Positions 1 through 9,342 of a stretch of 36,927 nucleotides of DNA are shown here, piece after piece. Both the position numbers and the translations under genes were made by a program. The stretch comes from Scenedesmus sp. PABB004 (taxonomy: Eukaryota). The stretch lies in contig JABVCE010000079.1 in NCBI GenBank assembly GCA_014905635.1, positions 1 to 36,927 of the forward strand. The letters run 5' to 3'. How positions within the stretch are numbered: position 1 is the first letter of the stretch; every line of letters starts with the position of its first letter. The notes under the pieces were generated by a model. That model did not search any database, was not told where the DNA came from, and was given only the letters and a program-made list of their open reading frames with translations.

Positions 1-963
1 AGAAAAAAGATTTTCTTCAAAATAATCTCGACGAAAATTGACGTTGAGTACTGCTTTTTGTGATAACGCTTTTTTGATTTTTTGGTTTTCAAAAAATTGA
101 GCAATTCTTTACTTGCCAAATCCGAGGCAAATGAATCCATTCGATTTTCTTCACCGAAAGCTGACGAAGAAAAACGATGATTTTGTTTTTTTTGAAATTC
201 TTCAAGGTTCTGATTTGAAAATTGTTTGGAAGTTGAAAATCTTTTGAATTTAAGAAATTTTATTTGCTAATAAAACGAAATGGTGAATAAATATCAAAAT
301 TTTTGATTTGACTTTCCATTTTGAAAAGCTGAAAAATTTTTTTCGCTTGAATTCATTGTTTAACATCATCATTAATTTTGCTAATTCTTTATCGCTCTTT
401 TGCCGGAAATTTTCATTTCCAAACATTTGATAATAAGCCAGCCTTTATTTCCGCCATCATATCTTTTGCTAATATTCTGCTAAGTAAAATAAGTTATGGT
501 TCTTCTGAATTCAAAGAATTGAGAATTCCAATTTAACCATTCTAATGAAATTTTTTGTAATGTATGTGTTTTCTAACATATTAATTTTCTTCAATAGGTA
601 AATTCTCTTCTTCAGAATACATCATCTAAATTCTCATTGAACGTTCTTTTTTTTTTTGCAGAAGGAGAAATGGAGCATTTGCAGATGCAGATTGAAATCC
701 ACTTGGAGGTTTTCTTTGTGTTGTTGAATTTTGAAATAATCCACTATTTTTCCATTTCTTTTTTTCTCTAATTCTTTTGAACGATCTTCCATATGAATAT
801 TGATTAATAAACCACACAATTTGGTTACAAAGTTCATCGTCTAAATATTGCATTAAAAAAACCATTCGTCGACGAAAAATAAAATTATAAATATCAGTCC
901 TTGTGCTGGAAGTTCTTCTCTCCCCATCAATATAATAATTCGAGGCACGCACCCAATTGGCAT
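1..963 (-). CDS. clpP: Plastid ClpP1 protease, 5' part with the chlorophycean IS1 insertion; runs off the window; frameshifted as assembled
   Basis: Pieces in three frames join into the Chlamydomonas-type N-terminus MPIG(V)PRII..GEELPAQ/TDIYNFIFRRRMVFLMQYLDDELCNQI/CGLLINIHMEDRSKELEKK, followed by a low-complexity insertion. ATG at 963-961. Several 1-nt indels. Confidence 0.88.
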
Positions 964-1177
964 AGAAATTTTTTTTTGTATTTTGACATTGCAGCTTTTC
1001 AAGAAAAAGTAGATTCTTCTTTCTTGTGAAGTTTTGATTTGACAAAAAATTTTTCTTTGAAGTTTCATCATTTTTTTATGAAAAAAAAATAGAAGAGAAC
1101 TTCAGTTTGTATTTTTTTCAATTGTCGAATTCTCACAAAATAACCAATTTATTCAATTTTCTTTTTTGTTTCAAAAA

Positions 1178-1259
1178 TGCCTTCGGTCGGATTCGAACCG
1201 ACACGCACAAGTGCACTGGTTCCTAAAACCAGGATGTCTACCAGTTCCATCACGAAGGC
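1178..1259 (-). tRNA. trnL: tRNA-Leu(UAG)
   Basis: Reverse complement GCCTTCGTGATGGAACTGGTAGACATCCTGGTTTTAGGAACCAG...GTTCGAATCCGACCGAAGGCA; anticodon TAG; long variable arm. Confidence 0.96.
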
Positions 1260-1492
1260 AAATAGAAAAAAATTTTTTTTCTTGGCTTTCACTTTTTTTT
1301 TCATCAAACTTTTTAAAACGTGATATTATTGAAAACAAAAAAAAATGAAACTCTTTTTCAAGGATATCTTATCAATATGACACTTTTGTCTATTTTTCAA
1401 AGAAACTGAGAAATATTTTTGAAGAATTATTGAATTCAATACTCAAAAAGTTGACTTCAGTTTCTTCAAAAATATTTTCTTAAAAACGCTCA

Positions 1493-2245
1493 CTAGTCAG
1501 CAAATTGAAATTTTTTAATACCTTTCTCAGTTTTTACTGAAATAACATCTTTTGAACGACATAAGTAGTTTGCAAGAATTATTCTTCGATTATTTACTTG
1601 AACTTTTCCTTGATTAATGAATTCTAAAGCATTTGACATACTTGAACTAATATTTCGTTGAAATAAAACATAGGCTAAAGTTCTTTCTAAACGTTTTTTA
1701 TAAGCGCTCATTTTTTGAGAATATTCTTGTAAATTATTATTTACTAGTCGTAACGAACTTTGTTTCATAGATACCGAAATTACATCTTTTGGTTTACAAT
1801 ATAGCTCGCAATATTCACTTTTTTTTATTTACATGAATATGCCCATGACTAATTAATTGGCGAGCAGCACTAATAGTAGGCGCCATATTTAAACGAAAAA
1901 CAATGTTATCTAAACGCATTTCTAAAAGTTGAAGTAAAACCTGACCTGTTGATTCTTTCATTTTTTTTGCTTGACGTACATATTTCACTAATTGTTTTTC
2001 AGTAATTCCATAGTTGTAACGTAATCTTTGTTTTACTTTTAAACGGATTAAGTAATCAGATTCACTTGAATCAAATGGTCGACTTTTAAATAATTTTGTT
2101 AAACCATGTTGACCGGTGGAATTACTTTTCCTTGTAAAGCCCCTCTTCCGCGGAAAGATCGACGGAAAGGTTTTTTTCTTGTAAAACCTCGTAACTTTCC
2201 AATTCGACGAATAATTCTTAAACGTGGTCCAATATATCTTGACAT
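1493..2245 (-). CDS. rps4: 30S ribosomal protein S4 (two apparent 1-nt deletions, near 2113 and near 1798)
   Basis: ATG at 2245: [24 protein letters not shown]...PP(G)QHG...[26 protein letters not shown]...[37 protein letters not shown]...(C)KPKDVISVS, continuing into ORF 1493..1768. Confidence 0.93.
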
Positions 2246-2292
2246 ATTTTCTTTCTAATAAAAACTTTAATAATTTGATCTTTTTTTTTATT

Positions 2293-2365
2293 TACCCCCA
2301 GGGGAATTCGAATCCCCGTTTTCTCCGTGAAAGGGAGGTGTCCTAGGCCTCTAGACGATGGGGGC
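2293..2365 (-). tRNA. trnE: tRNA-Glu(UUC)
   Basis: Reverse complement GCCCCCATCGTCTAGAGGCCTAGGACACCTCCCTTTCACGGAG...GGGGATTCGAATTCCCCTGGGGGTA; A53-U61 pair typical of plastid tRNA-Glu. Confidence 0.97.
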
Positions 2366-2391
2366 AGACTATCTTTTTTTTGATATAATAT

Positions 2392-2420
2392 ATATTATCT
2401 TTTTTTGAATTTTTTGTCAA
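2392..2420 (-). promoter_or_regulatory. Sigma70-type promoter for trnE/rps4
   Basis: Minus strand TTGACA (2420-2415), 17-nt spacer, TAATAT (2397-2392). Confidence 0.6.
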
Positions 2421-2574
2421 CAAAAAATTTTGCCATACTGTTTTTTTTTTGAGTTTTCAATTCTTTATTTTTTTTCAAAAAATTTGAAGTTTTTTTTTAA
2501 TTGAATGAATTTTTGATTATGCTAAGATAATAGATATGAAAAGATATTGTTTTATGAAAAAATTCAAAAAAAAT

Positions 2575-2646
2575 GCCGGGGTAGCTCAGTGGTAGAGCAG
2601 AGGATTGAAAATCCTTGTGTCACCAGTTCAATCCTGGTTCCTGGCA
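2575..2646 (+). tRNA. trnF: tRNA-Phe(GAA)
   Basis: GCCGGGGTAGCTCAGTGGTAGAGCAGAGGATTGAAAATCCTTGTGTCACCAGTTCAATCCTGGTTCCTGGCA. Confidence 0.97.
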
Positions 2647-2677
2647 AAAAATTTCCTCTTTGTGAAAAAAAATATTG

Positions 2678-2710
2678 TTCACATCACGTCACTTTACCTT
2701 TAGGTGAATA
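2678..2710. repeat. Dispersed palindromic repeat copy
   Basis: TTCACATCACGTCACTTTACCTTTAGGTGAA (variant core). Confidence 0.8.
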
Positions 2711-2971
2711 GATGAAGAAAATTTTTTCTTGAAATAACAAATGAATTTCTTCTCTTCAAAAGCGGAGTATTTCAACCTTTTTTCTTTTTGTCCTTATAGG
2801 TCCAAAGTTTTTTGGAAATAGATGTTTTTTTCTTTTGTTTGAGAAATTTTGTAGAGTTCAAACTTTTCAAAAAGAAAAAATAGAAACAAAATTCATTTTT
2901 CATAGACTTCATTTGTTCTTTTTTTGAATTTTCTTTTAGTCTATAAAAAATAATTATTCGTTTTATTAAAT

Positions 2972-2984
2972 ATGGCAGTACCAA
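2972..2984 (+). CDS. rpl32: Probable exon 1 (13 nt, MAVP + A) of trans-spliced ribosomal protein L32
   Basis: ATGGCAGTACCAA encodes the L32 start MAVP(K) and is followed directly by GTGAG (GUGYG-like group II 5' end). The rest of L32 is not in the window. Confidence 0.7.
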
Positions 2985-3320
2985 GTGAGCTCCTTGTTTT
3001 TTTTCATTTTAAAAATGAAAAAAAGAAAAAGTAAGGAAAAACAAGTTCAATTTTTTCAAGAAATAGAAAACTAATTTTTTCAGAATTGAATTGATTCTGA
3101 CTTTTTTTCTTCAAAAATTCAAAAAATTTCAAGAATTTTGGAAAAACTTTATTTTGGTTTTAAAGTTTTTTTTGAATTTTGGAAAAGTTCAATCAAGTTT
3201 AGAAAAATTCTTGTTTTTCACTTAAAAAGGAGAAAATTTGAGGATTTATTTTTCAACAAATTTTTCACGAAAAAATCTTTTTTACGTAATATCTCAAAAT
3301 CTTTCCAAAAACGCGAGAAT
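2985..3320 (+). other. Probable 5' fragment (domain I) of a trans-spliced group II intron; 3' limit approximate
   Basis: Begins GTGAGC. Hairpin AAAAACTTTA-ttttggttt-TAAAGTTTTT (3142-3170) displays TTGGT, complementary to the exon end ACCAA (EBS1/IBS1-like). No domain V recognised in the window. Confidence 0.6.
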
Positions 3321-3324
3321 TTAA

Positions 3325-3353
3325 TTGCTGTTTTCTCTTGAAAGTGATATAAT
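3325..3353 (+). promoter_or_regulatory. Sigma70-type promoter for rpl23-rpl2-rps19
   Basis: TTGCTG, 17-nt spacer, TATAAT with TG extended -10. Confidence 0.6.
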
Positions 3354-3595
3354 TTTAGAATACTAACTAAAGACTTTAAAAACTTTCAAAGTTTTGGAAA
3401 AATAGAAGAAAAAATTCAGAAAAAAATGTTTTTTGAGAAAAAAAGAATTTGACAACCTTTGTCAGAGAGTGCATTTTTCTCAAAAACTTCTTCTTTCTAT
3501 TTTCATTTTTTTCAACTCGAAATAATAAGTTTTAAAAAATTAGCATTTTGCCAATACTTGTCTCCACTTTAAACATTTAAAATTTTCTTTGTCTA

Positions 3596-3627
3596 TTCAC
3601 CTTTTCACCTTTTCACCTTAAGGTGAA
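3596..3627. repeat. Dispersed palindromic repeat copy
   Basis: (TTCACCTT)x2 followed by TTCACCTTAAGGTGAA. Confidence 0.9.
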
Positions 3628-3692
3628 GGAATGAAAATGAAAAAAGTTTGAAATGAGATTTTGATAAATAAAAGAAGAAAAAAAAAATATAT

Positions 3693-4046
3693 ATGAGTAT
3701 TTCTGAAAAATCAACTGAAGAATTCAATCGTTGGAGAGAATTATTAAAAGCACATTTTTCTCCTGTAAATATGATGGCAGATTTTATTAAATATCCAGTA
3801 ACAACTGAAAAATCGTATTTTTCAATGTTTAAAAATAAACAATATACATTTGATGTTGATTTAAGATTAACAAAACCTCAAATTAAAAAATTGTTTGAAA
3901 CATTGTTTGGTGTTAATGTAATTGGAATTAATACACATCGACCACCACGTAAAAAAGTTCGTGCAGGTTTATCTGCTGGTTATAAACCAAATTATAAAAG
4001 AGTTATTTTAACATTAAAAGAAGGTCAATCAATTCAATTTTCATAG
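3693..4046 (+). CDS. rpl23: 50S ribosomal protein L23 (conserved part starts at ATG 3771/3774)
   Basis: [12 protein letters not shown]...[34 protein letters not shown]...[14 protein letters not shown]; lies upstream of rpl2. Confidence 0.95.
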   Translation: MSISEKSTEEFNRWRELLKAHFSPVNMMADFIKYPVTTEKSYFSMFKNKQYTFDVDLRLTKPQIKKLFETLFGVNVIGINTHRPPRKKVRAGLSAGYKPNYKRVILTLKEGQSIQFS

Positions 4047-4298
4047 AAAAAAAGACAAACTTTTTTATTTTTTTCATACCCTACTCTTCATTTTCCAAAA
4101 TTCAATTGGAAAAGTTTTTCAAAAACTCTAGTAGGTTTAGACCGTAATTCAATAGAAAAAAATTTTTCAATACATAATGAGTGGTCAAAAATTTTTTTGC
4201 ATCTTTTTTGTTCTCAAAAAAATTTGAAAAATCACAAAAAAAAATTTCAAATTTTATGTATTTTTTCTTTTCAGAGTGAAGTTTTTATTTTCAAATAT

Positions 4299-5126
4299 AT
4301 GGGAATTCGCTTTTTAAAAGCTTTTACACCAGGCACACGAAATAGATCGGTGTCTGATTTTCGTGAAATTACAACAAACAAACCAGAAAAATCATTATCA
4401 AAAATGAAACATCGTTCAAAAGGACGTAATAATAGAGGTGTGATTACTTGTCGACATAAAGGGGGTGGTCACAAACGTTTATATCGTGAAATTGATTTTC
4501 GACGTGATAAAATTGGTATTCCAGGAAAAGTAATGACAATTGAATATGATCCAAACCGTAATGCACGCATTGCATTAGTAATGTATGAAGATGGTGAAAA
4601 ACGTTATATTTTACAACCTCGTGGGTTAAGAGTAGGAGATTCAATTATTTCAGATCTTCAAGCTCCAATTTTAGTGGGAAATGCTCTTCCATTACGTAAT
4701 ATTCCTCTAGGAGCACAAGTTCACAATGTAGAATTCCAACCGGGCTCAGGGGGTCAACTTGCACGTTCTGCAGGTGCTTTACTTGATATTTTAGCAAAAG
4801 AAGGAAATTTTGTAACAGTTCGTTTACCTTCAAAAGAAATTCGTTTAATTTCAAAAAATTGTTGGGCGACGATTGGACAAGTTGGAAATTTAGAAGCTTA
4901 TAGCATTCGAATTGGGAAAGCTGGCCGTAATCGTTGGTTAGGAAAACGACCAACAGTTCGAGGATCAGTAATGAATCCAAATGATCACCCACATGGTGGA
5001 GGTGAAGGGCGTGCTCCTATTGGTCGTTGTCGTCCAGTTACTCCATGGGGCCGTCCTGCTTTAGGTCAGTTTACAAGACAACCAAAAAAATACAGTTCAA
5101 GATTTATTTTAAGAAAAAGAAAGTAA
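4299..5126 (+). CDS. rpl2: 50S ribosomal protein L2
   Basis: [14 protein letters not shown]...[22 protein letters not shown]...[12 protein letters not shown]...[18 protein letters not shown]. Confidence 0.99.
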   Translation: MGIRFLKAFTPGTRNRSVSDFREITTNKPEKSLSKMKHRSKGRNNRGVITCRHKGGGHKRLYREIDFRRDKIGIPGKVMTIEYDPNRNARIALVMYEDGEKRYILQPRGLRVGDSIISDLQAPILVGNALPLRNIPLGAQVHNVEFQPGSGGQLARSAGALLDILAKEGNFVTVRLPSKEIRLISKNCWATIGQVGNLEAYSIRIGKAGRNRWLGKRPTVRGSVMNPNDHPHGGGEGRAPIGRCRPVTPWGRPALGQFTRQPKKYSSRFILRKRK

Positions 5127-5228
5127 AATTTTTTTCTTTTCTTTCATTTCGAAATTTTTTTTCTTGTTTTTCCAGAGTTTTTGCTTTGAAAAACAAAAGA
5201 AAAATCTTTTCTCTTTTTCATAGATTTT

Positions 5229-5257
5229 TTCACTTCACCTTAAGGTGAAAAGGTGAA
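5229..5257. repeat. Dispersed palindromic repeat copy
   Basis: TTCAC TTCACCTTAAGGTGAA AAGGTGAA. Confidence 0.9.
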
Positions 5258-5384
5258 TAGAAAGAAAAAACAATTCGAAAAAACATTTTTCGAAAAAAGA
5301 TTTTCTTTATTTTTTGTAGTGAAATGTTCAAAATCATATTTGGTTTTCGACATTAAAAGCTAAGGTTAATTTCAAAATTTTTTT

Positions 5385-5666
5385 ATGCCACGTTCAATTA
5401 AAAAAGGGCCTTTTGTTGCAGATCATTTATTAAAAAAAATTGAAAAATTTAATGCACAAGGTCAAAAAAAAGTAATTACTACTTGGTCTCGATCTTCGAC
5501 TATTTTACCAATGATGATTGGTCATACAATTTCAACTTATAATGGAAAAGAATTTATTCCTGTTTTTGTTTCTGATCAAATGGTTGGTCATAAATTAGGT
5601 GAATTTGCTCCGACTCGAACTTTTAAAGGTCATGTAAAAAGTGATAAAAAAGCAAAAAGACGCTAA
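5385..5666 (+). CDS. rps19: 30S ribosomal protein S19
   Basis: [18 protein letters not shown]...[10 protein letters not shown]...[15 protein letters not shown]. Confidence 0.99.
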   Translation: MPRSIKKGPFVADHLLKKIEKFNAQGQKKVITTWSRSSTILPMMIGHTISTYNGKEFIPVFVSDQMVGHKLGEFAPTRTFKGHVKSDKKAKRR

Positions 5667-5879
5667 TTTTTGGTGAAAAGATCAAAAAAAATTGCAGTTG
5701 TGCTGAAAGAGTTCGAACAGAATACTAAAAATAAAAAACTTAAAAAGAAAGAGAAAGAGACTTTTTTCTTCATTTTTGAAAGAGTCCACTTTCACTTGAT
5801 TTAAGACTTACGGTTTATAAGTATAAAAATTTTTTTCAAAAAAAAAAAAAAAAATTTTTCTTTATTTTTTCGTCAGCTA

Positions 5880-5921
5880 TTCACCGATTCAACTTTTCAC
5901 CTTAAGGTGAAGTGACGTGAA
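5880..5921. repeat. Dispersed palindromic repeat copy
   Basis: Core TTCACCTTAAGGTGAA at 5896-5911 plus GTGACGTGAA. Confidence 0.9.
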
Positions 5922-6058
5922 ATGATGAGAAAAAATATTTCAAAAATAGTTTTTGTTTCCATAATCTATTTTTTGAAAAAAACATTCTTCTTTTTTTTGT
6001 TAAAAAAGCAAAAGTTTGTCTTTTTAGAAAAATAAAAATTTTTTCTTAGTTTTTATTT

Positions 6059-6361
6059 ATGGCAAATAAAGCAATGATCCAACGTGAATTAAAACGTCAA
6101 AAATTAGTTATGAAGTTTGCAAAAAAACGTGCAATCTTAAAAGAACAAATTGAAAAAGCTTCTTCATTAAAAGAAAAATTAGCTTTTCATCGAAAACTTC
6201 AACAATTACCAAGAAACAGTTCACCTGTTCGTTTACATAATCGTTGTTTAGTTACTGGACGTCCAAAAGGATATTTTCGAGATTTCGGTCTTTCTCGACA
6301 TGTTTTACGAGAAATGGCACATGAAGGTCTTTTACCAGGTGTTCGAAAAGCAAGTTGGTAA
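6059..6361 (+). CDS. rps14: 30S ribosomal protein S14
   Basis: [51 protein letters not shown]. Confidence 0.99.
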   Translation: MANKAMIQRELKRQKLVMKFAKKRAILKEQIEKASSLKEKLAFHRKLQQLPRNSSPVRLHNRCLVTGRPKGYFRDFGLSRHVLREMAHEGLLPGVRKASW

Positions 6362-6433
6362 TTTTTTTTGTTTTTTCAACTTTGTTTTTTTTTCTCAAAA
6401 TTGTTTGAGAAATAGTGAAAACTTGAATTTTAA

Positions 6434-6477
6434 AATTCTTCTTTCAAAATAATTTTTTTTATTTTGAAAGAAGAATT
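6434..6477 (+). terminator. Stem-loop 3' of rps14
   Basis: AATTCTTCTTTCAAAATAA / TTATTTTGAAAGAAGAATT inverted repeat. Confidence 0.55.
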
Positions 6478-6555
6478 CAAAAAAAATTTGTCTCGTGTTT
6501 CAAAATTTATTTTTTTCGAGGAAGGTCAAATATGAGTATTTTCTTTTTTATTTTC

Positions 6556-6571
6556 TTCACCGAAAGGTGAA
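6556..6571. repeat. Dispersed palindromic repeat copy (GAAA loop)
   Basis: TTCACCGAAAGGTGAA. Confidence 0.85.
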
Positions 6572-6614
6572 ACTATTTTGCACTGAAAAAAAAAATTCAG
6601 AAGGAAAAAAAAAG

Positions 6615-6643
6615 TTGTAAAAAAAACAAAAATTTGGTATTAT
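6615..6643 (+). promoter_or_regulatory. Sigma70-type promoter for trnG
   Basis: TTGTAA, 17-nt spacer, TATTAT (TGg extended -10), 17 nt upstream of the tRNA. Confidence 0.5.
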
Positions 6644-6660
6644 TATTTTACAAAAAAGAT

Positions 6661-6733
6661 GCGGATATAGCTCAGTTGGTAGAGCGTGGTCCTTCCAAGT
6701 CCAATGTCGCGTGTTCGAATCACGTTATCCGCT
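6661..6733 (+). tRNA. trnG: tRNA-Gly(UCC)
   Basis: GCGGATATAGCTCAGTTGGTAGAGCGTGGTCCTTCCAAGTCCAATGTCGCGTGTTCGAATCACGTTATCCGCT. Confidence 0.95.
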
Positions 6734-7096
6734 AAAACATAATTTACCTTAAGTTTGTATTTCCTTGTCGAATTTATTTCGAAATAAAAAACTCAAAAAT
6801 ACCTATCTTTTTCATGAAAGGGGGGAATTCAAACAAATAATTGTCCCATTTTTTAATTTTTTTTCAAGTATTCAAAATATAGATTTTTTTCACTTTTTTA
6901 AAGTGAAGTTTTGAAACAATTGAACAAAGTCGAAAATACTTTTTTTTTTGTCTATTTATATTTTGAATAATTATTTTATTGAAGTATTTTTTTTTTGATT
7001 TGTTTTCTAATCATTTTTCAAAATTTTTTTCTTTTTTTTGAAGAGAAAAATTTTTTGAAAAAAAAATACTTTTTGATTATTTTTTCATTTTTTTTT

Positions 7097-8620
7097 ATGT
7101 CAATGCGTACACCTGAAGAATTAAGTAACTTAATTAAAGGATTAATTGAAGAATACACACCAGAAGTAAAAATGGTTGATTTTGGTATTGTATTCCAAGT
7201 TGGTGATGGAATTGCTCGTATTTATGGATTAGATCGAGTAATGTCTGGTGAACTTTTAGAATTTGAAGATGGAACATTAGGAATTGCGTTAAACTTAGAA
7301 GCGAATAACGTAGGAGCAGTTTTATTAGGTGATGGTTTAAAAATTACTGAAGGAAGCCGTGTTCGTTGTACTGGAAAAATTGCTGAAATTCCAGTAGGTG
7401 AAGCTTATTTAGGTCGTGTTGTTGACGCTTTAGCACGTCCTGTTGATGGAAAAGGACCAATTGCAACGTCTGAAACTCGTGCAATTGAATCTCCTGCACC
7501 TGGTATTGTATCTCGTCGTTCAGTTTATGAACCATTACAAACAGGATTAATTGCTGTTGATGCGATGATTCCTATTGGTCGTGGACAACGTGAGTTAATT
7601 ATTGGTGACAGACAAACAGGAAAAACTGCAATTGCTGTTGATACTATTTTAAACCAAAAAGGAAAAGGTGTAATTTGTGTTTATGTAGCTATTGGTCAAA
7701 AAGCTTCTTCAGTTGCACAAGTTTTAAATAGTTTAAAAGAACGTGGAGCTTTAGATTATACAATTATCGTAATGGCAAACGCAAATGAACCTTCAACATT
7801 ACAATATTTAGCACCTTACACAGGAGCAACTTTAGCAGAATTCTTTATGTACACAGGTCGTCCTACATTAACAATTTATGATGACCTTTCAAAACAAGCA
7901 CAAGCTTACCGTGAAATGTCATTATTATTACGCCGTCCACCAGGTCGTGAAGCTTACCCAGGAGACGTTTTCTATTTACACTCTCGTCTTTTAGAGCGTG
8001 CTGCAAAATTAAGCGATGCTTTAGGAGAAGGAAGTATGACTGCTCTTCCGGTAGTAGAAACACAAGAAGGTGACGTTTCAGCATATATTCCTACAAACGT
8101 TATTTCAATTACAGATGGTCAAATTTTCTTATCTGGTGATTTATTTAACGCTGGTATTCGTCCAGCTATTAACGTTGGTATTTCAGTTTCACGTGTTGGT
8201 TCTGCTGCACAAATTAAAGCTATGAAACAAGTTGCTGGTACATTAAAACTATCATTAGCACAATTTGCTGAATTAGAAGCTTTCTCTCAATTTGCTTCAG
8301 ATTTAGATGCTGCTACACAAAAACAACTTGCTCGTGGTGCACGATTAAGAGAAATTTTAAAACAACCTCAAAACTCACCTTTATCTGTTGAAGAACAAGT
8401 TGCAAGTATTTATACTGGTACAAATGGTTACTTAGATTCTTTAGAAGTTTTAGATGTTCGTTCTTTTTTAACTGGTCTTCGTACTTATTTATCGAATAAT
8501 GTAGCACAATACGGTGAAATTGTTCGTAAAACAAATGCATTTACACCAGAAGCTGAAGCTTTATTAAAACAAGCAATTACTGATTACTTAGCTGAATTTG
8601 GAGCAACAAAAGGAAACTAA
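7097..8620 (+). CDS. atpA: ATP synthase CF1 alpha subunit
   Basis: [14 protein letters not shown]...GDRQTGKT (Walker A)...[26 protein letters not shown]. Confidence 0.99.
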   Translation: MSMRTPEELSNLIKGLIEEYTPEVKMVDFGIVFQVGDGIARIYGLDRVMSGELLEFEDGTLGIALNLEANNVGAVLLGDGLKITEGSRVRCTGKIAEIPVGEAYLGRVVDALARPVDGKGPIATSETRAIESPAPGIVSRRSVYEPLQTGLIAVDAMIPIGRGQRELIIGDRQTGKTAIAVDTILNQKGKGVICVYVAIGQKASSVAQVLNSLKERGALDYTIIVMANANEPSTLQYLAPYTGATLAEFFMYTGRPTLTIYDDLSKQAQAYREMSLLLRRPPGREAYPGDVFYLHSRLLERAAKLSDALGEGSMTALPVVETQEGDVSAYIPTNVISITDGQIFLSGDLFNAGIRPAINVGISVSRVGSAAQIKAMKQVAGTLKLSLAQFAELEAFSQFASDLDAATQKQLARGARLREILKQPQNSPLSVEEQVASIYTGTNGYLDSLEVLDVRSFLTGLRTYLSNNVAQYGEIVRKTNAFTPEAEALLKQAITDYLAEFGATKGN

Positions 8621-8759
8621 TTTTTTGAATTTGAAATTTTTGAAAATTTTGAGTTTCTTTCTTTTTTCAAATTTGAACTTTTAAATAGAGAAAAAAGAAA
8701 AAAATTTTGAACTTTGTATATATAAATCGTGAAAAACTTTCAAATTTTAATATTCTCAC

Positions 8760-8876
8760 ATGTTAACACTTAAAATTTTTGTTTATACTGTTGTAACTTT
8801 CTTTGTATTCTTATTTATTTTTGGTTTCTTATCTAATGACCCTGCTCGTAATCCAGGAAAAGGAAATTTAGATTAA
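8760..8876 (+). CDS. psbI: Photosystem II protein I (38 aa, absent from the ORF track)
   Basis: Manual translation [38 protein letters not shown]. Confidence 0.98.
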   Translation: MLTLKIFVYTVVTFFVFLFIFGFLSNDPARNPGKGNLD

Positions 8877-8898
8877 GATTTCAAAAATTCTTTGCTTT

Positions 8899-8935
8899 TT
8901 TTGAACTGATTTAATACTATTAAATCAGTTCAAAA
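8899..8935 (+). terminator. Stem-loop 3' of psbI
   Basis: TTTTGAACTGATTTAATA-C-TATTAAATCAGTTCAAAA inverted repeat. Confidence 0.6.
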
Positions 8936-8957
8936 GAAATGACCCCCTTATTTTTTC

Positions 8958-8991
8958 TTCACTTCTTCACCTTAAGGTGAAGTGAAGTGAA
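8958..8991. repeat. Dispersed palindromic repeat copy
   Basis: Core at 8966-8981 plus GTGAAGTGAA. Confidence 0.9.
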
Positions 8992-9342
8992 CCAAATTTT
9001 TTTGTATGAAATTATTTATTCCATCAATATAGAAAAAATCAAAATGAAGAGTTTTTTAAATAGAAAAATGAGTATTTTTTTTGTTTATTTCAAAAAAAAA
9101 TTGGAAAATCTTCTTTTTCCTAGACTTTGAACTTTCTATTTTTCAGCACAAAAGTGAAAAATGAAGAATTTTGTTTATCTAAAATTTCCTGAATAGAAAA
9201 AAATTTTTTTGTGCAGAAAATGGTTTTTTCATTCTTTTGCTTTTTTCTTTGAAATATTTGAAGAAGTGACAAAAATTCTTTTTGTTCTTTCAAAAAAACT
9301 CCAAACTTTTTTGGAAGTTTTTCATTCGAAAAAGCAGGAAAT

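Noticed and set aside
4197..4298. N-terminal extensions of rpl2 (and atpA 6995-7096) in the ORF track
   Set aside because: TTG starts in poly-T/A leader DNA; conserved proteins start at ATG 4299 and 7097.
5690..5825. Slightly complex spacer after rps19 (GAAAGAGTTC/GAAAGAGTCC) as a group II fragment or tscA-like RNA
   Set aside because: No splice boundary, domain V or convincing fold recognised by eye; a covariance-model search would be needed.
6686..6703. Stem mismatches in trnG (U-U), trnS (U-C) and trnI (C-U) as signs of RNA editing
   Set aside because: Single mismatches are common in plastid tRNAs, and editing is not established in chlorophyte plastids.
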